From: Deltaproteobacteria bacterium
GTDB taxonomy: Bacteria; Desulfobacterota; Binatia; UBA12015
NCBI GenBank assembly: GCA_046583355.1
Contig: JAYGCM010000004.1
Coordinates: 1 to 64,000 of the forward strand
Length of the DNA stretch: 64,000 bases
Direction: 5' to 3'
Position numbers and translations under genes: made by a program. This document shows positions 8,628 through 19,497 of this stretch, piece after piece. The first letter of the stretch is position 1. Each line of letters begins with the position of its first letter. The notes beneath the pieces were generated by a model that saw only the letters and a program-made list of their open reading frames with translations, made no database searches and was not told where the DNA came from.

Positions 8628-9449
8628 GTGGAATTCGTTCGAGCAGAGGCGGTGCTGGGCGCCGAGGTGCGCGGTGTCGACCTCCGGCAGGCCCTATCGT
8701 CCGATGCGGTGGGGGCGTTGCAGACCGGCCTGGTCGAGCATGGCGTCCTTTTCTTCCGCAGGCAGGAGATCTCGGCTGCCGACCACGCACGGCTGGCAGG
8801 CTATTTCGGCCCGGCCCGTCCGCATCCGGCCTACCCGACGGTCGCCGGTTACCCCGAGATCACGATCCTCGAATCCGACCGCGAGCATCCTTCGAAAATC
8901 GAAAAATGGCATACGGATATGACGTTTCTCGCCCAGCCTCCGCTGGGTTCGGTGTTGCGCGCCCGGGTCCTTCCGCCCACCGGCGGCGATACTCTTTTCA
9001 TGAGTCTCGGCGCGGCCTTCGATGCACTGTCGGAGTCGATGCAGCACAAGCTTGATGGCCTGTCGGCCGAACATAGTTTTGCGCACGGGTTTCGCGAGAG
9101 CCTCGCCGAACCCGGTGGCCTCGAGCGTCTCGCCGACGCGCTCGCGGCCAACCCGCCGGTCGTCCACCCGGTGGTGCGCCGTCATCCTGGGAGCGGCCGT
9201 CGCGTCCTCTTTGTGAACTCGCTATTCACGGTTCGCCTGCTGGATATGGAGGATGCGGAGAGTACCGAGTTGCTGGATTTCCTCTATCAGCACCTCGCGC
9301 GCGCGGAGTTCCAGGTTCGATTCGTCTGGGCGGCGCACTCGCTGGTCATCTGGGACAATCGCCAGACGCAGCATTGCCCGGTGAACGATTATTGGCCGGC
9401 TACGCGGCGGCTCGAGCGCATCACGATAGAAGGCGATACGCCGCGCTGA
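8628..9449 (+). CDS. TauD/TfdA family Fe(II)/2-oxoglutarate dioxygenase
   Basis: WHTD facial-triad motif, [30 protein letters not shown] before GTG. Confidence 0.9.
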   Translation: MEFVRAEAVLGAEVRGVDLRQALSSDAVGALQTGLVEHGVLFFRRQEISAADHARLAGYFGPARPHPAYPTVAGYPEITILESDREHPSKIEKWHTDMTFLAQPPLGSVLRARVLPPTGGDTLFMSLGAAFDALSESMQHKLDGLSAEHSFAHGFRESLAEPGGLERLADALAANPPVVHPVVRRHPGSGRRVLFVNSLFTVRLLDMEDAESTELLDFLYQHLARAEFQVRFVWAAHSLVIWDNRQTQHCPVNDYWPATRRLERITIEGDTPR

Positions 9450-9474
9450 AGACCCGGCCCACCGGCCCTGTTCT

Positions 9475-10191
9475 TCAAGACTCGGAAGCGGGGCTGCGCA
9501 GGAAGGCGACCATCCACGCGGCGAAGAGGCCTGCATCATGGCCGCCGCGAAGAGAGGCGACGGCGGTATCATGACGTTCGCCGCCGAAGAGGTCGCGCCG
9601 TCCCGCAAAGAGGTTGCGCGCGTAGTCCAGTGAGAATTCGGGGTGGCCTTGTACGGCCATAATATGGTCGTCGAGCTGAAATAGGGCGTTCGGGCACACG
9701 GCATTGCTGCCGACCAGCGTTGCTCCCGGCGGCAGTTCGAGGACCTGATCCTGGTGGCTGTGGATGATGCGGGCGCGGTCGGGTGCGTCCTCGAGCCAAC
9801 TCCAGGGCTGGGCCAGGCAGATTTCCTGGACGCCGATCACCCAACCCCTATCGGCTTTGGCGGTACGTCCGCCCAACGCACGGGCGACCAATTGGTGGCC
9901 GAAGCAAACGGCAATCAGCTTCTTTTTCGCTGCGTGCAGCTGGCGGATGAAATCCTCCAGAGCCGGGATCCAGGGTAGGTCGTCGTAGACGCTTACGCGG
10001 CTGCCGGTGATCAACCAGGCATCACAGGCGTCGACCTCGCTTGGCAGCTTGCCCTCAAGAGCGTTCCAGGTCTGGAATTCGACATCCGCATCGACTGCGT
10101 GGATCAGCTGCGCAAACATTTCCGGGTATTCGCCGAAGTGGGATGCCAGCTCCGGTTTCACTGTATCCGTCTTGAGAATTCCGACGCGCAT
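9475..10191 (-). CDS. Class I glutamine amidotransferase-like protein
   Basis: ITGS, VCFGHQL nucleophile, HQDQV, QGHPEF triad. Confidence 0.88.
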   Translation of the reverse strand: MRVGILKTDTVKPELASHFGEYPEMFAQLIHAVDADVEFQTWNALEGKLPSEVDACDAWLITGSRVSVYDDLPWIPALEDFIRQLHAAKKKLIAVCFGHQLVARALGGRTAKADRGWVIGVQEICLAQPWSWLEDAPDRARIIHSHQDQVLELPPGATLVGSNAVCPNALFQLDDHIMAVQGHPEFSLDYARNLFAGRRDLFGGERHDTAVASLRGGHDAGLFAAWMVAFLRSPASES

Positions 10192-10311
10192 GGTTTGCTC
10201 CCTTCTCCTTTTCAAGCAGAAAGGGTGGTGCGTCGCCCGGACGCAACGGCTCTATCGGGCCGAATGCGGGCGGCCGGGGCGGGTGGTAGCAGCCGGAGAG
10301 TGGCGAGAGTG

Positions 10312-10391
10312 GCGAGAGTGGCGGAATTGGTAGACGCACTGGATTTAGGATCCAGCGGGCAACCGTGGGGGTTCGAGTCCCCCCTCTCGCA
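10312..10391 (+). tRNA. tRNA-Leu(TAG)
   Basis: Acceptor GCGAGAG/CTCTCGC, anticodon arm CTGGA-TTTAGGA-TCCAG, long variable arm, GTTCGAGTC T-loop. Confidence 0.95.
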
Positions 10392-10687
10392 CTATGGTGT
10401 CGTGCGTGGGCGCTTCTGCCTGGGGCCATGTTGTTGAGCGGTCAGGTCTCATCAGGGGGGACTCGGTCCCCCGGCTGGGGCTTGGGTGGCTTCGCCTCGC
10501 TGACATCGGGGCCGGGGGTGGCGAGTCCCGTCTCGCTCTCCCCACATTGGGGCCGCGGGTGCGAGTCCACTCTCGCGCATCGGATTGGCCGAAAAAAAAT
10601 CGGGCGGTGTGTTTCCATGGCCCTTGCCAATTGGGGAATCATCCCCAATATCCATTGAACTGATTGTCCCTGGAGACGTTGCGAATC

Positions 10688-11971
10688 ATGAAAGTCGAAG
10701 TCGAAGAGATCAGCGCGACCGAGCGCCGGATCGTGGTCGAAATCCCTAGCGAGCGAGTAACAAGCGAGTACGAGCACGCCTATCTGGACGTGGGGCGCCA
10801 CGCTACGGTCAAGGGGTTCCGCAAGGGCAAGGTACCGCGCAAGGTCCTGGAGCAGCGCTTCGGCGACGATGTGCGCAGCCAGGTGACGCAGACTCTGGTG
10901 CAGGAGGGCTTCTCGCATGCGCTCGACGAAGCCAAGCTCGATATCGTCTCGCAGCCCGAGCTCGATTTCGAGCCGCCTGTTTCGGGTCAGCTGCTGCGTC
11001 TTTCGGCCAAGGTCGAAATCCGGCCGGAGCTCGGGGAGGTCGATATTTCCGGGCTGGCCGTGCAGCGGCCCAAAGCCGATGTGGCCGACGAAGAGGTCGA
11101 GAAGGTCCTCGAGCAGATCCGCGACCGCCATGCCGAGCTCGTTCCCGTAGAGGATCGCGCAGAGCTCGCGAGCGGTGATTACGCCACCATCGCCATTGTC
11201 GCGCAGAGCGAGGGCAAAAAGGTCGACGCGCTCAGCGTAGAGGGCGGCACGGTCGAAGTCGGCGCGGGCCATCTCCCCGAGGCTGTCGAAGAGGAGCTGG
11301 CGAAGGCGAAAGTGGGCGATACCTTCACCGTCGACGCACCGGCGCCCGACCGCGCACCGGAGGCGCTCAAGGACAAGACCATCAGCTACGAGGTCACGGT
11401 CCAGTCGATTTCCGAGAAAAAAGTCCCTGCGCTCGATGACGAATTCGCCAAAGACCACGGCGATTCCGAGACCGTCGACGCCATGCGCACGCAGATTCGC
11501 GAGCAGCTTGAGGGCGAGGCCCAGCGGCGCGCGGAAGGGGCGGTCAACGACGCCATCGTCGACGCGATCCTCGAGCGTACGAAATTCGACGCGCCGGCCG
11601 GCATGGTATCGAGTCGCATCGAGTCGTTGATGCGCGAGTTCGCGATGGAGTTGGCCCAGCAGGGCATGCGCCTGACCAGCGGCGAGCATGAAGAAGAGGC
11701 ACGCGAGAAGCTGCGCTCGCGCGCCGAGCGCGAGGTGCGGTCCGGTATTCTGCTTGACCATATGGCGACCCAATTGGAGGTCGTCATCGACGAAGAAACG
11801 GTCACCGCCGAGGTGCTGAAGATCGTCGAGTCCGCCGGGGCCCAGGCCGACCGCGCGCGCGAGCATTTCGCCGAGGAAGCCAACCGCGAGTCGCTGCAGG
11901 GCCAGATCCAGCGGACGCGAACCCTGGAAGAGTTGGTCAAGAAGGCGGATATCACGGAAGTTACTTCGTGA
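10688..11971 (+). CDS. tig: Trigger factor
   Basis: GFRKGKVP ribosome-binding signature; position before clpP-clpX-lon. Confidence 0.93.
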   Translation: MKVEVEEISATERRIVVEIPSERVTSEYEHAYLDVGRHATVKGFRKGKVPRKVLEQRFGDDVRSQVTQTLVQEGFSHALDEAKLDIVSQPELDFEPPVSGQLLRLSAKVEIRPELGEVDISGLAVQRPKADVADEEVEKVLEQIRDRHAELVPVEDRAELASGDYATIAIVAQSEGKKVDALSVEGGTVEVGAGHLPEAVEEELAKAKVGDTFTVDAPAPDRAPEALKDKTISYEVTVQSISEKKVPALDDEFAKDHGDSETVDAMRTQIREQLEGEAQRRAEGAVNDAIVDAILERTKFDAPAGMVSSRIESLMREFAMELAQQGMRLTSGEHEEEAREKLRSRAEREVRSGILLDHMATQLEVVIDEETVTAEVLKIVESAGAQADRAREHFAEEANRESLQGQIQRTRTLEELVKKADITEVTS

Positions 11972-11982
11972 CCCTCTTGGCG

Positions 11983-12011
11983 TTGCTCGGGTTTGGCGAT
12001 ACGTCTAGTAT
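11983..12011 (+). promoter_or_regulatory. Candidate sigma70 promoter for clpP
   Basis: TTGCTC-N17-TAGTAT. Confidence 0.4.
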
Positions 12012-12053
12012 CGAGAAAATGGAAAACACCACCTTCATGAGGTCAAAGCTACG

Positions 12054-12653
12054 ATGAGAAATCTGATCCCAATGGTGGTCGAACAGACCGGCCGCGGCGA
12101 ACGCGCATACGATATCTACTCTCGCCTACTCAAGGACCGCATCGTCTTTCTGGGCACAGAAGTGACCGATGACATCGCCAACGTCATCATAGCTCAACTT
12201 CTGTTCCTGGAGTCCGAAGACCCTGAAAAAGATATCCACCTGTACATCAATTCACCGGGTGGATCGGTGTCGTCGGGGTTCGCGATCTATGACACGATGC
12301 AATATATCCGGCCTGCGGTTTCAACGCTTTGTTTGGGGCAGGCCGCGAGCATGGGGGCCCTCCTGCTGACCGCTGGGGAGAAGGGCAAGCGCTTCGCCTT
12401 GCCCTATGCGCGGATCATGATCCATCAGCCCTTGGGTGGTGCGCAGGGGCAGGCCACCGACATCGATATTCAGGCTCGCGAGATCCTGCGTATACGTGAT
12501 CAACTGAATACCGTATTGTCGAACCATACGGGACAGAGCATCAAGCGTATCGAAAAAGATACGGATCGCGACTTTTTCATGACGAGCAAGGCCGCCGTCG
12601 AGTATGGAATCGTTGACGAGGTGATCGCCGCCCGAACCAACAAGAAAAACTAG
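12054..12653 (+). CDS. clpP: ATP-dependent Clp protease proteolytic subunit
   Basis: [32 protein letters not shown]. Confidence 0.98.
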   Translation: MRNLIPMVVEQTGRGERAYDIYSRLLKDRIVFLGTEVTDDIANVIIAQLLFLESEDPEKDIHLYINSPGGSVSSGFAIYDTMQYIRPAVSTLCLGQAASMGALLLTAGEKGKRFALPYARIMIHQPLGGAQGQATDIDIQAREILRIRDQLNTVLSNHTGQSIKRIEKDTDRDFFMTSKAAVEYGIVDEVIAARTNKKN

Positions 12654-12661
12654 GGTGCTCC

Positions 12662-13918
<1,257 letters not shown>

Positions 13919-13930
13919 GGCAGATTCAAT

Positions 13931-16390
13931 ATGCTGTTCCGGAACGACAAAGAAAAACAAGATTCCAGCACGGAAGAACCGGGCGGCGGCCTGCGCGTCC
14001 CCCTTCTTCCACTGCGCGACATTATCGTCTTCCCCCATATGGTCGTGCCGCTCTTCGTGGGCCGGCAGAAATCGATTCGGGCTCTGGAAGACGCGATGAA
14101 CAAGCAGAAGTTCGTTCTGCTGGCGGCGCAGAAAGATGCCAAGACCAACGAACCCGCCGAGGCCGATATCTATGATGTCGGTACTCTGGGAACGGTGGTC
14201 CAGCTGCTGCGCCTGCCGGACGGGACGGTCAAGGTCCTGGTCGAGGGCAAGAAGCGCGCGAAGATCGTCCGCTATGTGCCCAATGCCGACTTTTTCCTCG
14301 TCGATGTCGAGGAGATCGAAGAAAAATGCGAGGTCACCAATGAGGTCGAGGCACTCGTCCGCAGCGTGAACTCGACGTTCGAGAACTACGTTAAGCTGAA
14401 CAAGAAGATTCCGCCCGAGGCGATCATGTCGGTCGCGTCCATTGCGGAGCCGGCTCGCCTCGCCGATACCATCGTCGCCCATCTCAGCATCAAGCTCGAA
14501 GACAAAGAAGCTTTGCTCGAAACCGCCGATCCGGCAGCTCGCCTGGAGAAGGTCCTTGGTTTCATGCGCTCGGAAATCGAGATCCTCGAGGTCGAGAAGC
14601 GCATTCGTACTCGCGTCAAGAAGCAGATGGAGAAGACGCAAAAGGAGTATTATCTCAACGAGCAGATGCGGGCGATCCAGAAAGAGCTCGGCGAGAAAGA
14701 CGAATTCAAGAACGAGGTCCAGGAGCTCGAAGAGAAAATCCTCGCCAGAAAGATGTCGGCCGAGGCTCAGGAGAAATCAATCAAGGAGCTCAAGAAGCTC
14801 AAGATGATGTCTCCGATGTCGGCCGAAGCGACGGTCGTCCGCAACTATATCGAGTGGATGATTGCGCTGCCTTGGGCCAATTATTCAGACGATAGTATCG
14901 ATCTTGACGCGGCCGAAGGTGTGCTGAACGATGACCATTACGGTCTGGAGAAGGTCAAGGAGCGGATCATCGAATACCTCGCCGTGCAGGCGCGCGTAGG
15001 CGAGATCAAAGGCCCGATTCTCTGTCTCGTCGGCCCTCCGGGTGTCGGCAAGACCTCGTTGGGCAAATCGATTGCACGGGCGATCGGGCGTAAATTTGTC
15101 CGGATCTCCTTGGGTGGCGTACGCGATGAGGCCGAGATTCGGGGTCATCGCCGTACCTATATCGGCGCCATGCCGGGCAAGGTGCTCCAGTCCATGAAGA
15201 AGGCGGGTTCCGGTAATCCGGTCTTCTTGCTCGACGAGGTCGACAAAATGTCGACTGATTTCCGCGGCGACCCTTCCTCGGCATTGCTCGAGGTGCTCGA
15301 CCCAGAGCAGAATACGGCCTTCAACGACCATTATCTCGACGTCGACTACGACCTCTCGAAAGTGATGTTCGTGACGACGGCGAACAACCTCGAGGGGATT
15401 CCGCGGGCGCTGCAGGACCGTATGGAGATCATTCGTATCCCCGGATACACGGAGCTCGAGAAGCTCGTGATCGCGCGGAAATACCTGGTGCCGAAAGTAC
15501 GCGAGGCCAATGGCCTCAAAGAAGAGGATATCGGCTTCGAAGACGACGGGATCCGCTCGCTGATCCGCCATTATACGAAGGAAGCCGGCGTGCGTAGCTT
15601 GGAGCGTGAACTTTCGGGCCTCTGCCGCAAGGTAGTCGTTCAGGTCGTGAAGGGGAAAAAGGAAACGCCCATCAAGATCGACGCCGAGTGCCTCAAGGAC
15701 TATCTCGGCCCGGAGAAATTCCGTTACGGGCAGGCCGATCCTGAACCCAAAATCGGTGTCACGACCGGCCTCGCCTGGACCGAGCTTGGTGGCGAACTAC
15801 TCGGCACCGAGGTTTCGGTTGTGCCCGGCAAGGGCAAGCTCACGATTACGGGCCGCCTCGGCGAAGTGATGCAGGAGTCGGCGCAGGCCGCCATGAGCTA
15901 TGTGCGATCCCGTGCTGATGATCTCGGTCTCTCGCGCGAGTTCTACCAGCAGGTGGATGTTCATATTCATGTGCCGGAGGGGGCGATTCCGAAAGATGGC
16001 CCGTCGGCCGGGATCACGTTGGCGACCTCTTTGGTCTCCGCTCTGACGCGCATTCCGGTTCGCTCGGATCTCGCGATGACCGGTGAGGTGACGTTGCGTG
16101 GCAACGTGCTGCCCATCGGAGGCTTGAAGGAGAAGGTCCTCGCGGCGCATCGTGGCGGCATCAAGCACATTCTTTTGCCGATGGAGAATGAGCGCGATAT
16201 TGAAGAAATTCCTGAGTCTATTCGCGGGGATCTGAAGCTCGAGCCGGTCGCGCATATGGACGATGTCTTGCGTCGAGCGCTGGTCCTGGACAACCCCGAG
16301 GAATTTCTCGTGCCGACGGGTAGGGTGCCCAACCCGTTCCCGCCGAGCGACAAGCCCGGCAGTGATCCGGGGGGCGTCGTCACGCATTGA
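13931..16390 (+). CDS. lon: Lon protease
   Basis: LON N-domain, [23 protein letters not shown]. Confidence 0.98.
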   Translation: MLFRNDKEKQDSSTEEPGGGLRVPLLPLRDIIVFPHMVVPLFVGRQKSIRALEDAMNKQKFVLLAAQKDAKTNEPAEADIYDVGTLGTVVQLLRLPDGTVKVLVEGKKRAKIVRYVPNADFFLVDVEEIEEKCEVTNEVEALVRSVNSTFENYVKLNKKIPPEAIMSVASIAEPARLADTIVAHLSIKLEDKEALLETADPAARLEKVLGFMRSEIEILEVEKRIRTRVKKQMEKTQKEYYLNEQMRAIQKELGEKDEFKNEVQELEEKILARKMSAEAQEKSIKELKKLKMMSPMSAEATVVRNYIEWMIALPWANYSDDSIDLDAAEGVLNDDHYGLEKVKERIIEYLAVQARVGEIKGPILCLVGPPGVGKTSLGKSIARAIGRKFVRISLGGVRDEAEIRGHRRTYIGAMPGKVLQSMKKAGSGNPVFLLDEVDKMSTDFRGDPSSALLEVLDPEQNTAFNDHYLDVDYDLSKVMFVTTANNLEGIPRALQDRMEIIRIPGYTELEKLVIARKYLVPKVREANGLKEEDIGFEDDGIRSLIRHYTKEAGVRSLERELSGLCRKVVVQVVKGKKETPIKIDAECLKDYLGPEKFRYGQADPEPKIGVTTGLAWTELGGELLGTEVSVVPGKGKLTITGRLGEVMQESAQAAMSYVRSRADDLGLSREFYQQVDVHIHVPEGAIPKDGPSAGITLATSLVSALTRIPVRSDLAMTGEVTLRGNVLPIGGLKEKVLAAHRGGIKHILLPMENERDIEEIPESIRGDLKLEPVAHMDDVLRRALVLDNPEEFLVPTGRVPNPFPPSDKPGSDPGGVVTH

Positions 16391-16532
16391 GCCGGCGTTC
16401 GCCCGCGCACCCGGCGGCCACCTCGCTGCCAAACTTTGAGGCTGGAAATTTTCCTTAAAAGTAAAGGCCTTTCGTTTGCCCTCGCTTTCCAAGGCTGGTA
16501 TTCGCGGGCTACCCGAAGGGGGGGGATTGACG

Positions 16533-16805
16533 ATGACAAAGGCAGATATGATTGAGGCAGTGGCAACCAAGTTGGAGTTGCCGAAGGCTACGGCCGAGCG
16601 GGCCGTGAACCTGATTTTCGATGGCATCACGACGGCGCTACAGGCCGATGATAAAGTGAATATCTCGGGCTTCGGGACTTTTACGGTTTCCAATCGCAAA
16701 GCGCGGCAGGGGCGAAACCCCAAGACGGGCGAGACGATCCAGATCTCGGCGTCCCGGGCTGCCAAATTCAAGGCAGGCAAGGGTCTCAAAGACGCGCTGA
16801 ATTAG
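16533..16805 (+). CDS. hup: HU family DNA-binding protein
   Basis: MTKADMI, GFGTF, GRNPKTGE, KFKAGKGLK. Confidence 0.95.
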   Translation: MTKADMIEAVATKLELPKATAERAVNLIFDGITTALQADDKVNISGFGTFTVSNRKARQGRNPKTGETIQISASRAAKFKAGKGLKDALN

Positions 16806-16925
16806 CTGGTTCCGCGCTGCGGGCGTCCGGATTTCCAAGGACGTCCGTAGCGAGGGACTGAGCACGCTGTCGCTCGTTCCGCTAACGGGTAGCTCGAGAG
16901 CCTTGTTTTTCTCTCGGGTCTTCCA

Positions 16926-16998
16926 GGGCGGTTAGCTCAGTTGGGAGAGCATCGGCTTTACAAGCCGAGGGTCATCCGTTCGATCCGGATACCGCCCA
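16926..16998 (+). tRNA. tRNA-Val(TAC)
   Basis: GGGCGGT/ACCGCCC acceptor, TCGGC-TTTACAA-GCCGA anticodon arm. Confidence 0.95.
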
Positions 16999-17001
16999 TT
17001 G

Positions 17002-17038
17002 AAAAAAAGGGGTGCGCCATATGGTGCACCCCTTTTTT
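17002..17038. terminator. Bidirectional intrinsic terminator
   Basis: A7-GGGGTGCGCC-ATAT-GGTGCACCCC-T6. Confidence 0.85.
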
Positions 17039-17060
17039 CGTTCGGCCTGGCGGGCCCGGC

Positions 17061-17165
17061 TCAGTCCTCGGTTTCGATCACGTTGAGGATGAAGGCGGTA
17101 AGCGCGATACAGCCGGCGGCCACCGTGGCCCCGAAAATGGACATAATATAATCGTCGAGAATCAT
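17061..17165 (-). CDS. Small single-TM protein, 34 aa (MILDDYIMSIFGATVAAGCIALTAFILNVIETED)
   Basis: Translated by hand (below ORF-track cutoff); GGAGG SD 8 nt upstream; hydrophobic core; ends just before the bidirectional terminator. Confidence 0.6.
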   Translation of the reverse strand: MILDDYIMSIFGATVAAGCIALTAFILNVIETED

Positions 17166-17331
17166 TGCTTTTTCCTCCAGGGTGTAGGTGCCCAACACGG
17201 CAAACGGCTGGACCCTGCGGACCTTTAACAGATTCACCGCAGATTTGCTGCCCGCCGGCCTGCCGGACCTGCCCGAACGCCATGGGGGTCTTGCCGCTTG
17301 CCGAGGCGGTTGTTAGTGAAATCCCACCCGC

Positions 17332-17405
17332 GGGGTCGTAGCTCAGTTGGTTAGAGTGCCGGCCTGTCACGCCGGAGGTCGCGAGTTCAAGTCTCGTCGG
17401 CCCCG
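17332..17405 (+). tRNA. tRNA-Asp(GTC)
   Basis: GGGGTCG/CGGCCCC acceptor, CCGGC-CTGTCAC-GCCGG anticodon arm. Confidence 0.95.
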
Positions 17406-17480
17406 TTCTTCCGAATTCAGGGTTGTGGAGTGGAAAGACGTGTCGGCCAGGGCCGAGCGTCCGAATTTTTGAGCATTTGC

Positions 17481-17930
17481 ATGGCAAAACAGAGTACATC
17501 ATTTACTACACGCGAGGACGCATTAGGCGAACGTCAGTGGAAACTGATTGACGCCGAGGGCCGTTCTCTTGGCCGCGTCGCGACTCAGGTCGCGGGGCTT
17601 TTGCGCGGCAAGGGGAAACCAACCTTTGCTCCGCACACCGATTGCGGCGATTTCGTGATCGTGCTGAATGCCTCGAAGGTTCGCCTGACAGGTAAGAAGG
17701 CCGAGAACAAAATCCTCTATCGCCACACCGGTTTTGCCGGCGGTATCCGCGCGACACCGGCGGGCAAGATGCGTGCGGAGAAGCCCGAAAAGCTGATGCG
17801 CGACGCCGTTGCCGGCATGCTGCCGCATAACCGCCTGTCGCGGCGGCTCATCACGAAACTCAAAGTTTACCCGGCGGGCGACCACCCGCACGAGGCGCAG
17901 GGAGCGGAAACCGTTCCCGCGCAGGATTGA
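17481..17930 (+). CDS. rplM: 50S ribosomal protein L13
   Basis: [31 protein letters not shown]. Confidence 0.97.
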   Translation: MAKQSTSFTTREDALGERQWKLIDAEGRSLGRVATQVAGLLRGKGKPTFAPHTDCGDFVIVLNASKVRLTGKKAENKILYRHTGFAGGIRATPAGKMRAEKPEKLMRDAVAGMLPHNRLSRRLITKLKVYPAGDHPHEAQGAETVPAQD

Positions 17931-17934
17931 CATC

Positions 17935-18324
17935 ATGGCCGAGACAGTTCAGGCAACCGGAAAACGCAAATGCGCGATCGCCCAAGTCCGGATGACACCG
18001 GGCGCAGGGCAAATCACCGTGAACCGCCGCGCGATCGAAGAGTATTTCGGTCGCGAGACTTCGCGCATGATTGTAGGCCAACCCTTCGACGTCACCGAGA
18101 CCGTCGGGCGTTTTGATCTTCGGATCAATGTCCGTGGTGGTGGTGTTTCGGCGCAGGCATCGGCCATTCGCCACGGCGTCTCACGCGCCTTGTTGCTGGT
18201 CGACCCCGAGACGCGTCCGGCGCTGAAGAAGGCCGGCTACCTCACACGTGATTCGCGTGAGGTCGAGCGCAAGAAATACGGGCGTCATAAAGCGCGTAAA
18301 CGCCCGCAATACTCGAAACGCTGA
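17935..18324 (+). CDS. rpsI: 30S ribosomal protein S9
   Basis: TGKRK, GGGVSAQ, ERKKYG...PQYSKR. Confidence 0.97.
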   Translation: MAETVQATGKRKCAIAQVRMTPGAGQITVNRRAIEEYFGRETSRMIVGQPFDVTETVGRFDLRINVRGGGVSAQASAIRHGVSRALLLVDPETRPALKKAGYLTRDSREVERKKYGRHKARKRPQYSKR

Positions 18325-18328
18325 TTGG

Positions 18329-18362
18329 AAAAAAGGCCGTGGCTCTCGCCGCGGCCTTTTTT
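18329..18362. terminator. Bidirectional intrinsic terminator between rpsI and lptG
   Basis: A6-GGCCGTGGC-TCTC-GCCGCGGCC-T6. Confidence 0.85.
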
Positions 18363-18405
18363 GCGTCCGGGGCCCGGAGGTTCGGCCGAGTTTCTCGGGG
18401 CGCGG

Positions 18406-19497
18406 CTATTCCGAGCCGAGAAAGAAGATCAGGCCGACCGAGGCGAAGATCGCGTTTGCCGACCAGGCGGCGAGGATGGGTGGCAATACGCCGCTCTTGC
18501 CCAGGCTCATGGTCAGCGCGAGCACGATCCAGTAGCTGAAGCCGACGGCCAGGGCGGTGCCGGCACTGGCCGCAGTTCCCGAGTTTCGGCTATGGCGCGA
18601 GGCCAATGGGATGCCGATCAGCGCCATGACGAAACTCACGAAGGGGACCGCCAATTTGAGCCAGAGGTCGACCCGCATCCGTGTCGTATCGATGCCCTTA
18701 TCGCTCAGGTCGGCTACTTTCTCGGCAAGTTCGACAAAGCTCTGATCGTCGGCTTTGCGTGCCACGGCATTGAAATCCGCAGGCGATTCTCGCAGCGATA
18801 GCGCGAGTTCCGTAAGCGTGGCGGTGGCGACGCCGCCGTCGGGAAAGAACGTGATCTCGGAGCCGTCGTCGGCAACCCAGCGTCCGTCGGTCCAACGCGC
18901 GACCGGGATGGTGCGGATCCGTCGCAGGTGGAAGTCCCCGTCAAGTTCATAGCGCGTCAGGCCCGTGATGATGGTTCCGGTTTCATCGACCCGCTCAATA
19001 TTCGTGATGCCGGTGGCGTGGTGGTACCACAGGCCGGTCCGCTTGAGGTGGGTGCGCTCCGTGCGGCCTTTGATCTCGACATTCTCGATATGGTGCGCCC
19101 GCGTTGTGGCCGGTGGCACGGCATATTCGTTCCAGGCCAATGTGGCGAAGGAGAGCATCAGGCAGAAAGCCGCGATGGGGGCTCCGATCTGCCAGAGGCT
19201 GATGCCGCAGGCGCGCATCGCCATCAATTCCGCATTGCGGGCCAAGGTTCCCAATCCGAAGAGCGTCGCTGCCAGGACCGCGACGGGAAGAATCTGCGTG
19301 AGGATCAGCGGAATCTTGAGCAGGAAATACTCGGCCATCAGAGCCGTAGGCGGGTCATGTTGGAGGAAGCGCGGCAGTCTCTCGAAGAAGTCGATGCAGA
19401 GGTAGAGCAGGACGAAGAACCCCAGGGCGATTACGAGTGCACGCAGAAACTCGCCGAGCAGGTAGCGCGATATGGTGGGAAGCCACAACCTTCTCAT
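18406..19497 (-). CDS. lptG: LPS export ABC transporter permease LptG
   Basis: YjgP/YjgQ architecture, ELMAMRACGISL, LAAWSAN; follows lptF. Confidence 0.88.
   Translation of the reverse strand: MRRLWLPTISRYLLGEFLRALVIALGFFVLLYLCIDFFERLPRFLQHDPPTALMAEYFLLKIPLILTQILPVAVLAATLFGLGTLARNAELMAMRACGISLWQIGAPIAAFCLMLSFATLAWNEYAVPPATTRAHHIENVEIKGRTERTHLKRTGLWYHHATGITNIERVDETGTIITGLTRYELDGDFHLRRIRTIPVARWTDGRWVADDGSEITFFPDGGVATATLTELALSLRESPADFNAVARKADDQSFVELAEKVADLSDKGIDTTRMRVDLWLKLAVPFVSFVMALIGIPLASRHSRNSGTAASAGTALAVGFSYWIVLALTMSLGKSGVLPPILAAWSANAIFASVGLIFFLGSE

Noticed and set aside
10473..10576. Possible mini CRISPR array
   Set aside because: Repeats are degenerate, separated by only ~7 nt, and there are no cas genes in the window
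17183..17290. Possible fluoride, c-di-GMP, c-di-AMP or ZTP riboswitch call
   Set aside because: Only partial motif matches with mismatched conserved positions; kept as an unclassified structure
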